In this document: one piece after another, positions 24,264 through 32,000 of the stretch
How the letters are laid out: each line of letters starts with the position of its first letter
Numbering within the stretch: position 1 is the stretch's first letter
From: Pseudodesulfovibrio mercurii
GTDB taxonomy: Bacteria > Desulfobacterota > Desulfovibrionia > Desulfovibrionales > Desulfovibrionaceae
DNA length: 32,000 nt
Direction of reading: 5' to 3'
Assembly (NCBI RefSeq): GCF_000189295.2
Contig: NC_016803.1
Span: 2,760,001-2,792,000 of the forward strand
Position numbers and translations under genes: made by a program
Notes under the pieces: generated by a model
Told to the model about the DNA's origin: nothing
Seen by the model: the letters and a program-made list of their open reading frames with translations, nothing else
Database searches by the model: none

Positions 24264-24623
24264 CTAGGCGCAGCGGCGGGCGCGGTCCAGGAGCCCGTCT
24301 TCCATGGCGGACTGGCAGTGCACGCACAGGCGGGCCGAGGGGTTGGCCTTGAGCCGAGCCACGCCGATCTCCTCGCCGCACTCCTCGCAGACGCCGTAGT
24401 CGGCCTGGGACAGCCGCTTGAGGGCGGCCTCCATCTCGCGGATGCGGGCCACGCCGCGTCGCTGCATGGCCACGGACAGGCCGTGCTGGGCGAGCTGGGA
24501 GGCGAAGTCGGTGTCGTCGGGGCAGTTTTCGAGGGCGGTGATGCCGGTGTTCAGCTGGCCGCTCATGGCGTGCAGTCCCTGCATGAGGTGGGACCTGATT
24601 TCCCTGATCTGGTTCCTGGTCAT
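24264..24623 (-). CDS. DksA/TraR-family C4 zinc-finger protein
   Basis: ATG 24623 with GGAGGA upstream. 119 aa. A coiled-coil-like N-terminal part precedes CEECGEEIGVARLKANPSARLCVHC (CxxC-N17-CxxC). Confidence 0.88.
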   Translation of the reverse strand: MTRNQIREIRSHLMQGLHAMSGQLNTGITALENCPDDTDFASQLAQHGLSVAMQRRGVARIREMEAALKRLSQADYGVCEECGEEIGVARLKANPSARLCVHCQSAMEDGLLDRARRCA

Positions 24624-24839
24624 GATTCCTCCGTCCTGTTGGAGTATGGGTTGATCCTTCCTAGTCCCATAACCCCGGCCATGGGTGGCGCTTTGGTGAC
24701 GGCCTTTCGACATTTCCGTGCAATCGGAGGCCCGTAAATCGTGGACGCCGCAGGCAAAGCCCGGTACCATTTCCGACGGATGCGGGACCGTTCGCGACCG
24801 ACTCTTGAAAAAGTCTAGAAAAATAGGGGGGAGGCTCCC

Positions 24840-25283
24840 ATGAAGTGGATATACGTGCTGTTCGCCCTGGTGGCCGGTGCGCTGATGCCGGTCCAGGCGG
24901 GCATCAACCTGCGGCTGCGCGGGTCCCTGGGCGATCCGGTCTGGGCGGCGGCGGTCTCCTTCGGCGTGGGCACCCTGGCCCTGCTCGGCTACCTGCTGGC
25001 CACGCGCACGCCCGCGCCCTCCCTGAGCATGGCCGCGACGGCCCCGGCCTGGGCCTGGACCGGCGGTGCGCTCGGGGCGTTTTTCGTCTTCGCGACCATC
25101 GTCCTGGCCGGGCAGATCGGGGCCACGACCATGATGGCCTGGCTCCTGGCTGGCCAGCTCACGGCCGCCCTGGCGCTGGACCACTTCGGCCTGGTCGGGT
25201 ATCAGGTCCATACGGTGTCCTGGCCCCGCGTGGTCGGGGTCTGCCTGCTCCTGGCCGGGGCCGTGCTGGTCAACAAATACTAA
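24840..25283 (+). CDS. DMT-superfamily small membrane transporter (YdcZ/DUF606-like)
   Basis: 147 aa with 4-5 TM helices. MKWIYVLFALVAGALMPVQAGINLRL... is typical of the DUF606 family. GGGGGAGG lies upstream. Confidence 0.78.
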   Translation: MKWIYVLFALVAGALMPVQAGINLRLRGSLGDPVWAAAVSFGVGTLALLGYLLATRTPAPSLSMAATAPAWAWTGGALGAFFVFATIVLAGQIGATTMMAWLLAGQLTAALALDHFGLVGYQVHTVSWPRVVGVCLLLAGAVLVNKY

Positions 25284-25296
25284 TCGAGAGAGAACA

Positions 25297-26160
25297 ATGA
25301 GTATCGCCAAGGATCTGGGCCTGGTGTGCCGGATGATCAAGATCGAGCACTCGGTCTTCGCCCTGCCGTTCGCCTACATGGGGGCGTTCCTGGCCGCCCG
25401 GGGCTGGCCGGGGCTGTACAACATGGTCGTGCTGACCGTGGCCATGGTGGCCGTGCGCTCCTTCGCCATGGCCTTCAACCGTTATGCGGACCTGGACATC
25501 GACCGCGAGAACCCGCGCACCCAGGGGCGCGCCCTGGTCACGGGCGAGCTGTCCACCCGGTTCATCCTGGTCTTCATCGCGGGCACGGCCGTGGTCTTCG
25601 TGGCCGCCTGCGCCATGATGAACACCCTCTGCCTGATGCTTTCGCCCGTGGCCCTGTTCATGGCCGCGTCCTACAGCTTCTGCAAGCGGTTCACGTACTG
25701 GTGCCACTTCGTGCTCGGCTCGGTCCTGGGGCTGGCCCCGGTGGCGGGCTGGATCTGCGTGACCCCGTCCATCTCCCTGCCCTCGGTCCTGCTCTTCTGC
25801 GGCGTGGTCCTGTGGGTGGCCGGGTTCGATCTGCTCTACGCCTGCCAGGACGCGGACTTCGACCGCGAGCACGGCCTCTATTCCATCCCGGCCCGGCTGG
25901 GCGTGGCGGCGGCGCTCGGCGTGTCGAGCCTGAGCCACGCCGTGGCCGCCGCCTTCTTCCTGCTGGCGGGCTGGGCCGCGAGCCTGGGCGGCATCTACTT
26001 CACGGTGGCGGCCCTCATGGGCGTGACCCTCATGGCCGAGCACCTGCTGGTCAAGCCGGACGACCTGAGCCGGGTGAACGTGGCCTTCTTCACCATGAAC
26101 GGGATCATTTCCGTGCTCCTGTTCGCGGCCACGGTGGTTGATCTGGCGGTCCTGGGCTGA
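25297..26160 (+). CDS. UbiA-family aromatic prenyltransferase (4-hydroxybenzoate polyprenyltransferase-like)
   Basis: NRYADLDIDRENPRT is the first Asp-rich motif. DLLYACQDADFD is the second. About 8 TM helices, 287 aa. Confidence 0.88.
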   Translation: MSIAKDLGLVCRMIKIEHSVFALPFAYMGAFLAARGWPGLYNMVVLTVAMVAVRSFAMAFNRYADLDIDRENPRTQGRALVTGELSTRFILVFIAGTAVVFVAACAMMNTLCLMLSPVALFMAASYSFCKRFTYWCHFVLGSVLGLAPVAGWICVTPSISLPSVLLFCGVVLWVAGFDLLYACQDADFDREHGLYSIPARLGVAAALGVSSLSHAVAAAFFLLAGWAASLGGIYFTVAALMGVTLMAEHLLVKPDDLSRVNVAFFTMNGIISVLLFAATVVDLAVLG

Positions 26161-26182
26161 TAGTTCGGGAACAGGAAGGCTT

Positions 26183-27595
26183 ATGCAGGAACAGCTCGCG
26201 CCGATACTGGCCAAGGTCACGGAGATTTTCCAATTCCTGGAGGGGTGGCTGCAATCCCACGTCCTGACCTGGCGGACGGCGGCCCAGTGGGCGGCGGCCC
26301 TGGCGGCCCTGCTCCTGGCCAAGGCCGTGTGGCGGCTCGTCCGGCCCCGGCTGGCGCACTGGCGCGACACCAGCGCGCGGACCGTGTGGGGCCGGGCCCT
26401 GCTCACCGGCCTGTGCGCCACGGGCGAACTTATCCTGTTCATCGGCCTGGCCCAGCTCTGCGCGGCCGCGGCCCGGTTCATGGGCTATTCGCCGTGGGTC
26501 CTGAACGCCGTCAGCCAGCTGACCGTGGCCGGAATCATCCTGCGGCTTTTGACCTTCGCCATGCCCAACAAGGTCCTGGCGCGGAGCACGGCCACCGTGG
26601 TCTGGGTCTTCGTCTCCCTACAGATCCTCGGCCTGCTCACGCCGTTCACCGCCTTTCTGGAGACGCTCTCCTTCACCATGGGCGGCTCCACCTTCACCGC
26701 CCTGGGCGCGCTCAAGGGGCTGGTCCTGGCCATCATCCTGCTCCATGCGGCGGCCACCCTGTCGCGCTTCGCCTCCGGGCGCATCGCCTCCATGCGCGAG
26801 GTCTCGCCCTCGGTGAAGGTCCTGCTCGACAAGTCCATCAAGGTCGCCCTGTTCACCGTGGCCATCCTCCTGGTCATGTCCGGGGTGGGCATCAACCTGA
26901 CCAGCCTAGCCATCTTCTCCAGCGCGCTGGGCGTGGGCATCGGCTTCGGCTTGCAGACGATCATCTCCAACTACGTGGCCGGGGTCATCCTGCTCATGGA
27001 CCGGTCCGTCAAGCCGGGCGACACCATCGAGGTGGGCGGGGTGTTCGGCGTGGTCAGCGGGGTCAACGGCCGGTTCTCCTCGGTCAAGACCCGCGACGGC
27101 AAGGAATACCTCATCCCCAACGAGCACTTCGTGACCAACGAGGTCATCAACTGGACATACTCGGACGCGGACGTGCGGCTGCGCATCCCGGTGGGCGTCT
27201 CCTACGGCTCGGATGTGGACAAGGCCCTGCGGCTCATGGAGGAATCCACCAGGGGCCTGACCCGCATCCTGACCTCGCCCGAGCCGCGCGCCCTGCTCAT
27301 GGGCTTCGGCGACAGCTCGGTGGACCTGGAGCTGCGGGCCTGGATCGCGGACGCCAGGGACGGGGTGTCCAACATCAAGAGCGACGTGCTCCGGCGCATC
27401 TGGACCTCCTTTCACGAAAACGGCATCGAGTTCCCGTTCCCGCAGCGGGACGTGCTCCTCAAGCCCGGCTCCTCCCTGGCCGTGACCGTGGACCGGGGCA
27501 GGGACCCCGAACTCCCGGACAAGGCGTCCGACATGATCCCGGGCGCCGTCCCCGGCCCCGTTCCCGACAAAGACCCCGGCGAGCCCGGAGCATAG
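26183..27595 (+). CDS. MscS-family mechanosensitive channel
   Basis: Start at ATG 26183 (AGGAAGG upstream). An N-terminal multi-TM region is followed by the MscS pore and beta-domain signature FSSALGVGIGFGLQTIISNYVAGVILLMDRSVKPGDTIEVGGVFGVV...VKTRDGKEYLIPNEHF. Confidence 0.88.
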   Translation: MQEQLAPILAKVTEIFQFLEGWLQSHVLTWRTAAQWAAALAALLLAKAVWRLVRPRLAHWRDTSARTVWGRALLTGLCATGELILFIGLAQLCAAAARFMGYSPWVLNAVSQLTVAGIILRLLTFAMPNKVLARSTATVVWVFVSLQILGLLTPFTAFLETLSFTMGGSTFTALGALKGLVLAIILLHAAATLSRFASGRIASMREVSPSVKVLLDKSIKVALFTVAILLVMSGVGINLTSLAIFSSALGVGIGFGLQTIISNYVAGVILLMDRSVKPGDTIEVGGVFGVVSGVNGRFSSVKTRDGKEYLIPNEHFVTNEVINWTYSDADVRLRIPVGVSYGSDVDKALRLMEESTRGLTRILTSPEPRALLMGFGDSSVDLELRAWIADARDGVSNIKSDVLRRIWTSFHENGIEFPFPQRDVLLKPGSSLAVTVDRGRDPELPDKASDMIPGAVPGPVPDKDPGEPGA

Positions 27596-27598
27596 CCC

Positions 27599-28000
27599 GT
27601 GCGCGTCCTGGCCGCCGTCCTCGTCGTCCTGGCCGTCCTGGTCCTGTGGGACGCGGTCTGGTGGCTGCTCCGGGGCGTGCGCCCCATGTCCCCCTGGGGG
27701 CTGCGCCGGGCCCTGCGCAGACCCTCGCCCCCCACCGTGCTGGACGTGCGCACCCCGGCGGAATACGCGCTCTTCCACATCCCCGGCGCCGTCAACCTGC
27801 CGTATCCGTTCACCTCCGAGGCCCTGGCCGCCACCCTGGACGACCCGGCCCGCCTCGTGGTCGTGGTCTGCATGACCGGCCACCGCTCGCCCCCGGCCGT
27901 GCAACACCTCCGGCGCGACGGCTTCCGCGACGTCAAGAACCTCACCTGGGGCATGTCCGCCTGGAAGCTCACCGGCGGCGAGACCCGCTCCGGCAAGTGA
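27599..28000 (+). CDS. membrane-anchored single-domain rhodanese (sulfurtransferase)
   Basis: GTG 27599 lies 3 nt after the mscS-like stop. An N-terminal TM helix (VLAAVLVVLAVLVLW) is followed by LDVRTPAEYALFHIPGAVNLP and the active-site loop CMTGHRS. Confidence 0.85.
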   Translation: MRVLAAVLVVLAVLVLWDAVWWLLRGVRPMSPWGLRRALRRPSPPTVLDVRTPAEYALFHIPGAVNLPYPFTSEALAATLDDPARLVVVVCMTGHRSPPAVQHLRRDGFRDVKNLTWGMSAWKLTGGETRSGK

Positions 28001-28043
28001 GCTTTCCCTTTGATTTCAGTCTGTTGTCGAGGTCGACTATTTT

Positions 28044-28097
28044 AGCTTGACAATCAAACTATCCAGCCAGTAGAAAGCTTGATAGTCAAACTATCAA
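28044..28097. promoter_or_regulatory. direct repeat and palindrome: probable MarR operator in front of the metal-transporter/marR operon
   Basis: AGCTTGACAATCAAACTATC (28044..28063) and AGCTTGATAGTCAAACTATC (28076..28095) are 18/20 identical. The second copy contains the perfect palindrome TTGATAGT-CAA-ACTATCAA (28079..28097). Both lie in a locally AT-rich spacer 23-76 nt upstream of ATG 28120. Confidence 0.5.
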
Positions 28098-28119
28098 CGC
28101 GAACCAACACGGACGGACA

Positions 28120-28869
28120 ATGCAATTCGATTCCATATTCTGGGTGGCCCTGCAATCGAGCGTGCTGCTCGGCCTGGTGCACGGGGTCAACCCGTGCGGC
28201 CATTCCTGGCTGGTCCTGGCCCCCTTCGTCTACGGCGAGAAGCGGGGCGGGCGGGTCCTGGCCCTGACCCTGGCCTTCGTCGCCGGGACAACCCTGGCCT
28301 GCCTGCTCATCGGCCTGACGCTGGGTTCGGTCTCCCTGGCCATCCCCGAGTCCTTCACCCTGTACGTGGACGTGGCCACCTTCGCGGTCCTGCTCGCCCT
28401 GGGTCTGGTCCTGATCTTCCGGCCGCACCTGCTGCACAGCCACGATCACGACCACGACCATGACCACGACGATCACGACCACGACGGCCCTGATCACGAT
28501 CATCACCACCACGACCACGATCATCACGGCCCGGCCTGCCCCGGCCACGGGTGCCTGCCCGCGGCCCGGTCCAGGACCGTGTGGGGGCTGTTCACCATCG
28601 GGTTCGTGAACATGATCGTGCCCTGCCCCACAGTGGCGCTGATGTACACCTACGCGCTGGACTCGGGCAGCGTGTTCAAGGGCACGGCCGTGTTCGGGGT
28701 CTACGCCGTGGCCACCGGGCTGACGCTCGGGGCGATCATCTTCGCCATCTACAAGGCCGCCGGGCTCATGCGCACCCTGACCGGGGCGTGGATCGAGCCG
28801 CTGGTCATGCGCGCCGCCGGGGTCATGACCATCGCCTTCGGGGCCTACAGCCTGTACACGTCCATCTAG
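28120..28869 (+). CDS. metal (Ni/Co/Zn-type) membrane transporter with a His/Asp-rich cytoplasmic loop (RcnA/UreH-like)
   Basis: Six TM helices are split by the loop HSHDHDHDHDHDDHDHDGPDHDHHHHDHDHHG. Conserved-looking HGVNPCGHSW and IVPCPT motifs sit within TM helices. 249 aa. Confidence 0.8.
   Translation: MQFDSIFWVALQSSVLLGLVHGVNPCGHSWLVLAPFVYGEKRGGRVLALTLAFVAGTTLACLLIGLTLGSVSLAIPESFTLYVDVATFAVLLALGLVLIFRPHLLHSHDHDHDHDHDDHDHDGPDHDHHHHDHDHHGPACPGHGCLPAARSRTVWGLFTIGFVNMIVPCPTVALMYTYALDSGSVFKGTAVFGVYAVATGLTLGAIIFAIYKAAGLMRTLTGAWIEPLVMRAAGVMTIAFGAYSLYTSI
28435..28527 (+). repeat. quasi-tandem CAC/GAC (His-Asp) codon repeat inside the transporter gene
   Basis: The 93 nt consist almost entirely of CAC/CAT/GAC/GAT codons (cacgatcacgaccacgaccatgaccacgacgatcacgaccacgac...). 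Confidence 0.8.
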
Positions 28870-28880
28870 AGGGAGGGGAC

Positions 28881-29291
28881 ATGGTCGACCAAATCAACCA
28901 CGCCATCGTGGAGTTCTTCGAGAAGCTCTCGTCCTGGGAGCACGACGTGGTCCGCGAAAAGGGCATGACCCTGCCGCAGATGCACACCCTGGAGGTGCTC
29001 GGCATCCACGGGGCCATGCGCATGAAGGAGCTGGCCGAGGCCATGGGCATCACCACCGGCACCCTGACCGTGCTGGTGGACCGCCTGGCGGAAAAGGACT
29101 GCGTCCGCCGCGTGCCCCACGACACGGACCGCCGGTCCATCAACGTGGAGCTGACCGACGCGGGCCGCGCCCTGTTCGAGGAGCACGACCGCCTGCACTA
29201 CCGCCTGACCGAGGAACTGGTCGCCGCCTGCCCGCCCGAGGACCGCGAGGCCCTCCTGCGCTGCCTGACCAGCATGAACGCGCAGTTCTAG
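28881..29291 (+). CDS. MarR-family transcriptional regulator
   Basis: ATG 28881 with GGGAGGGG upstream. 136 aa. The winged HTH reads LPQMHTLEVLGIHGAMRMKELAEAMGITTGTLTVLVDRLAEKDCVRRVPHDTDRRSINVELTDAG. Confidence 0.9.
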   Translation: MVDQINHAIVEFFEKLSSWEHDVVREKGMTLPQMHTLEVLGIHGAMRMKELAEAMGITTGTLTVLVDRLAEKDCVRRVPHDTDRRSINVELTDAGRALFEEHDRLHYRLTEELVAACPPEDREALLRCLTSMNAQF

Positions 29292-29370
29292 GCCGGAACC
29301 ATCCCTTCCATAACGCATCGCGATGGGTGCGCCATTGACCGCACCCGCCGCCTGCCTTACCTTCTCGGGC

Positions 29371-30552
29371 ATGAGCGAATATATCGAGCAGATCGAGACC
29401 GGCGAGTCCGTGGGACTGGTCGAGAAACGGTACTTCACCTTCGGCGGGGACGAGCCCATGGTCCTCGAGTCCGGGCGCAGCCTCGGGCCCGTCACCCTGG
29501 CCTATGAGACCTGCGGCGCCCTCAACGCCGACAGGACCAACGCCATCCTGGTCTGCCACGCCCTGACCGGCGACTCGCACGTGGCCGGGTTCTACGACGC
29601 AAACGACCCCAAGCCCGGCTGGTGGGACCTCATGGTCGGGCCGGGCAAGCCCATCGACACCGACAAGTATTTCGTCATCTGCTCCAACGTCATCGGCGGC
29701 TGCATGGGCTCCACCGGACCCATGTCCGAAAATCCCGCCACCGGCCGCCCCTACGGCGCGTCCTTCCCGGTGGTCACCATCGGCGACATGGTTCGCGCCC
29801 AGCGCCGACTCGTCGATTCCCTCGGCATCGACACCCTGCTCGCCGTGGTCGGCGGGTCCGTGGGCGGCATGCAGGTCCTGGAATGGTCCGTGCGCTACCC
29901 CCACCGCGTCCACGCCGCCATCCCCCTGGCCACCACCGTCAAGCACTCGGCCCAGGCCATCGCCTTCAACGAGGTCGCCCGCCAGGCCATCATGGCCGAC
30001 CCCAACTGGAACCGGGGCGACTACTACGAATCCGCCAAACCCGAACACGGCCTGGCCGTGGCCCGCATGGTCGGGCACATCACCTACCTGTCCGACGAGT
30101 CCATGCGCCACAAGTTCGACCGCCGGCTCCAGGACCGCGTGGAGCTCTCCTTTGACTTCGAAGCCGACTTCCAGGTGGAATCCTACCTGCGCTACCAGGG
30201 CAACAAGTTCGTCGACCGCTTCGACGCCAACTCCTTCCTCTACCTGACCAAGGCCGCCGACTACTTCAACCTCGAAAACCACTACGGCGACGGCTCCCTG
30301 GTGGCCGCCTTCTCCCGCGCCTCCTGCCGCTACCTGGTCGTCTCCTTCACCTCGGACTGGCTCTACCCCACCTACCAGTCCAAGACCATGGTCAAGGCCA
30401 TGAAGAAAAACAGCCTCGACGTCTCCTTCTGCGAAATCGAAGCCCCCTGGGGACACGACGCCTTCCTGCTCCCCAATACCCGCCTCAGCGACCTGCTCTC
30501 CGGCTTCCTGAACAAGATCTGCCTGCACTGCCGCATCGGAGACGCCTCATGA
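29371..30552 (+). CDS. metX: homoserine O-acetyltransferase
   Basis: LAYETCGALNADRTNAILVCHALTGDSH, and GGSVGGMQVLEW (nucleophile elbow GxSxG). Alpha/beta hydrolase length. Start chosen at ATG 29371 (MSEYIEQ...). An in-frame ATG at 29323 is possible. Neither has a good RBS. Confidence 0.9.
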   Translation: MSEYIEQIETGESVGLVEKRYFTFGGDEPMVLESGRSLGPVTLAYETCGALNADRTNAILVCHALTGDSHVAGFYDANDPKPGWWDLMVGPGKPIDTDKYFVICSNVIGGCMGSTGPMSENPATGRPYGASFPVVTIGDMVRAQRRLVDSLGIDTLLAVVGGSVGGMQVLEWSVRYPHRVHAAIPLATTVKHSAQAIAFNEVARQAIMADPNWNRGDYYESAKPEHGLAVARMVGHITYLSDESMRHKFDRRLQDRVELSFDFEADFQVESYLRYQGNKFVDRFDANSFLYLTKAADYFNLENHYGDGSLVAAFSRASCRYLVVSFTSDWLYPTYQSKTMVKAMKKNSLDVSFCEIEAPWGHDAFLLPNTRLSDLLSGFLNKICLHCRIGDAS

Positions 30553-31151
30553 GATTCGACCTCCAAGTCATCGCCTCCTGGATCGAACCCGGCAGCCGCG
30601 TCCTCGACCTCGGCTGCCGCACCGGCTCGCTGCTGGCCCACCTCGCCGAACAAAAGGCCACCCTCGGCACCGGCATCGAAATCGACGAGGAGGCCGCGGG
30701 CCGCGCCATCGCCAAGGGGTTGTCCGTCATCCACGGCGACATCTACGAGGAGATCGAAGACTACCCGGACAACGCCTTCGACTACGTCATCCTCTCCCAG
30801 GCCCTCATGCAGGTCCTCGACCCCGAAACCCTCATCCGAGAAATGCTCCGCGTCGGCAAGCTCGGCATCGTCTCCTTCCCCAACTTCACCCACTACAGAA
30901 ACCGGCTCCAGATGCTCTTCACCGGACGCGCCCCCATGTCCAAGGAACTGCCCTACGAGTGGTACAACACCCCGAACATCCGGGTCATCCCCATCATCGA
31001 CTTCCGCCGCTTCTGCAAACACCTCGGCGTGCCCATCGTCAAGGAAGTCGCCATCTCCACACACCACCACGACGAACAGGGCAAGGTCATCACCTTCCTC
31101 CCCAACCTCTTCGCCACCTTCGGCATCTTCATGCTCGGACAGGGCAAATAG
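30549..31151 (+). CDS. metW: methionine biosynthesis protein MetW
   Basis: There is an ATGA start/stop overlap with metX. A SAM-MTase-like VLDLGCRTG motif is present, and the MetW-typical FPNFTHYRNRLQMLFTGRAPMSKELPYEWYNTPNIR. 200 aa. Confidence 0.92.
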   Translation: MRFDLQVIASWIEPGSRVLDLGCRTGSLLAHLAEQKATLGTGIEIDEEAAGRAIAKGLSVIHGDIYEEIEDYPDNAFDYVILSQALMQVLDPETLIREMLRVGKLGIVSFPNFTHYRNRLQMLFTGRAPMSKELPYEWYNTPNIRVIPIIDFRRFCKHLGVPIVKEVAISTHHHDEQGKVITFLPNLFATFGIFMLGQGK

Positions 31152-31162
31152 CTCCGGGCTAC

Positions 31163-31609
31163 GGGGCGGGAGGGGAATGCCTCCGGCGGCCGGGGCGCTG
31201 CCCCGGACCCCGCCAAAGAACCCTTTGGAAAGGGTTCTCTGGACTCTCCTAAACTTTCTGTGTGCCTGCGGCAGGGGCGTGCGGACGCGGGGGGAATTTC
31301 AGTGTTATTTCCCTCTTAAAAACAACCCCCGCGATTTTGGGCAGAAAAAACGGCGTGCTTTTTCCCGTGAAGAGGCACGCCGTCCGGTTCGTTTTTTCTG
31401 TTCAAAATCGCACACCGGCACGGCGGAAGGCGTCCCGCGCCAGCCTTCCGCCGCCGCACGCCCCTGAGCGAAGCGAACATGGGATTCTCAAGGCCCTCGG
31501 CCTTGAGCGGGTGCAGGGCGGTGCCCTGCCCGCCGGAGGCGCCCGCCCGGCGAGGGCTCCCCCCGAAGGGGCCCCCGGAGGGCCGCCGGAGGCATTCCCA
31601 CTCCGCCCC
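31163..31609. repeat. 447-bp non-coding spacer bounded by 29-bp imperfect inverted repeats (REP/MITE-like element)
   Basis: Left end: GGGGCGGGAGGGGAATGCCTCCGGCGGCC (31163..31191). The reverse complement of the right end (31581..31609) is GGGGCGGAGTGGGAATGCCTCCGGCGGCC; 19 contiguous identical bases plus 7 more. The interior contains several hairpins (AGAACCCTTT-GG-AAAGGGTTCT 31217..31238; CTCAAGGCC-CTC-GGCCTTGAG; GCAGGGC-GGT-GCCCTGC) and the 27-mer shared with 21719..21745. Confidence 0.55.
31344..31383 (-). terminator. possible terminator for the convergent aminotransferase gene
   Basis: On the minus strand: ACGGCGTGC-(16 nt)-GCACGCCGT followed by TTTTTTC. It lies about 230 nt downstream of the stop at 31616, inside the repeat element. 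It could also be bidirectional. Confidence 0.45.
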
Positions 31610-31615
31610 TCCGTC

Positions 31616-32000
<385 letters not shown>

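Noticed and set aside
25270-26481. 403-aa minus-strand ORF, and the 24264..25340 358-aa version of the DksA-like ORF.
   Set aside because: The first is antisense to the UbiA gene. The second is a 5' extension of the 119-aa DksA/TraR gene through the divergent DMT gene and its promoter. The real start at 24623 has a GGAGGA RBS.
28435-28527. Periodic repeat that could be mistaken for a CRISPR-like or tandem array.
   Set aside because: It is in frame within a transporter gene and encodes a His/Asp metal-binding loop. There is no repeat-spacer organisation anywhere in the window.
29292-29370. Possible SAM or methionine riboswitch, or T-box, upstream of metX. Likewise a possible T-box upstream of tyrS.
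   Set aside because: The spacers are far too short: 79 nt before metX, and 44 nt between the small ORF and tyrS. They lack the conserved helices, and T-boxes are not expected in this lineage.
29140-30528. 462-aa minus-strand ORF.
   Set aside because: It is antisense to metX and reads as Gly/Val/Asp/Ala-rich shadow sequence.

Overview
High-GC (roughly 65% by eye) bacterial chromosome. The gene content (sigma-54 regulation, multihaem cytochromes, Cache-type chemoreceptor, futalosine-style UbiA prenyltransferase) suggests a Desulfovibrionaceae-like sulfate reducer; that placement is inference only. All domain calls were made by eye from the translations, with no searches run.

Most of the window, about 12-32 kb, is ordinary housekeeping and accessory metabolism: tyrS, coaX, an MCP, a cytochrome bd-like/octahaem cytochrome c pair, a PHP-glycosyltransferase fusion, a DksA/TraR protein, a DMT transporter, a UbiA prenyltransferase, an MscS channel, a rhodanese, a His/Asp-loop metal transporter with MarR, metX-metW, and a truncated aminotransferase.

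The unusual part is the left 12 kb:
- A sensor-domain-less sigma-54 activator (1..456, minus strand) is divergent from a candidate -24/-12 promoter (715..730).
- That promoter would drive a tightly packed operon: a 433-aa protein with a sigma-70 region-4-like C-terminus; a cytoplasmic protein carrying a C-x17-H-x3-C-x2-C ZAS anti-sigma zinc motif; and a 706-aa protein with a Lon/S16-like Ser-Lys segment plus a long helical region. A 247-aa unknown follows after a 236-bp gap.
- The locus converges, with overlapping stop codons, on a 1837-aa gene (6286..11799, minus strand). It encodes a complete SecA-type translocation ATPase (NBD1, PPXD, NBD2, scaffold and wing regions all colinear with SecA), fused to about 14 predicted transmembrane helices and a roughly 350-aa C-terminal domain with an RNxxxH (HEPN-like) motif.

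I do not recognise this architecture or gene combination as a described system, and it is my main candidate. I also see a family of GC-rich intergenic repeats, including one 447-bp spacer bounded by 29-bp inverted repeats. I found no rRNA, tRNA, CRISPR array, integrase or transposase.
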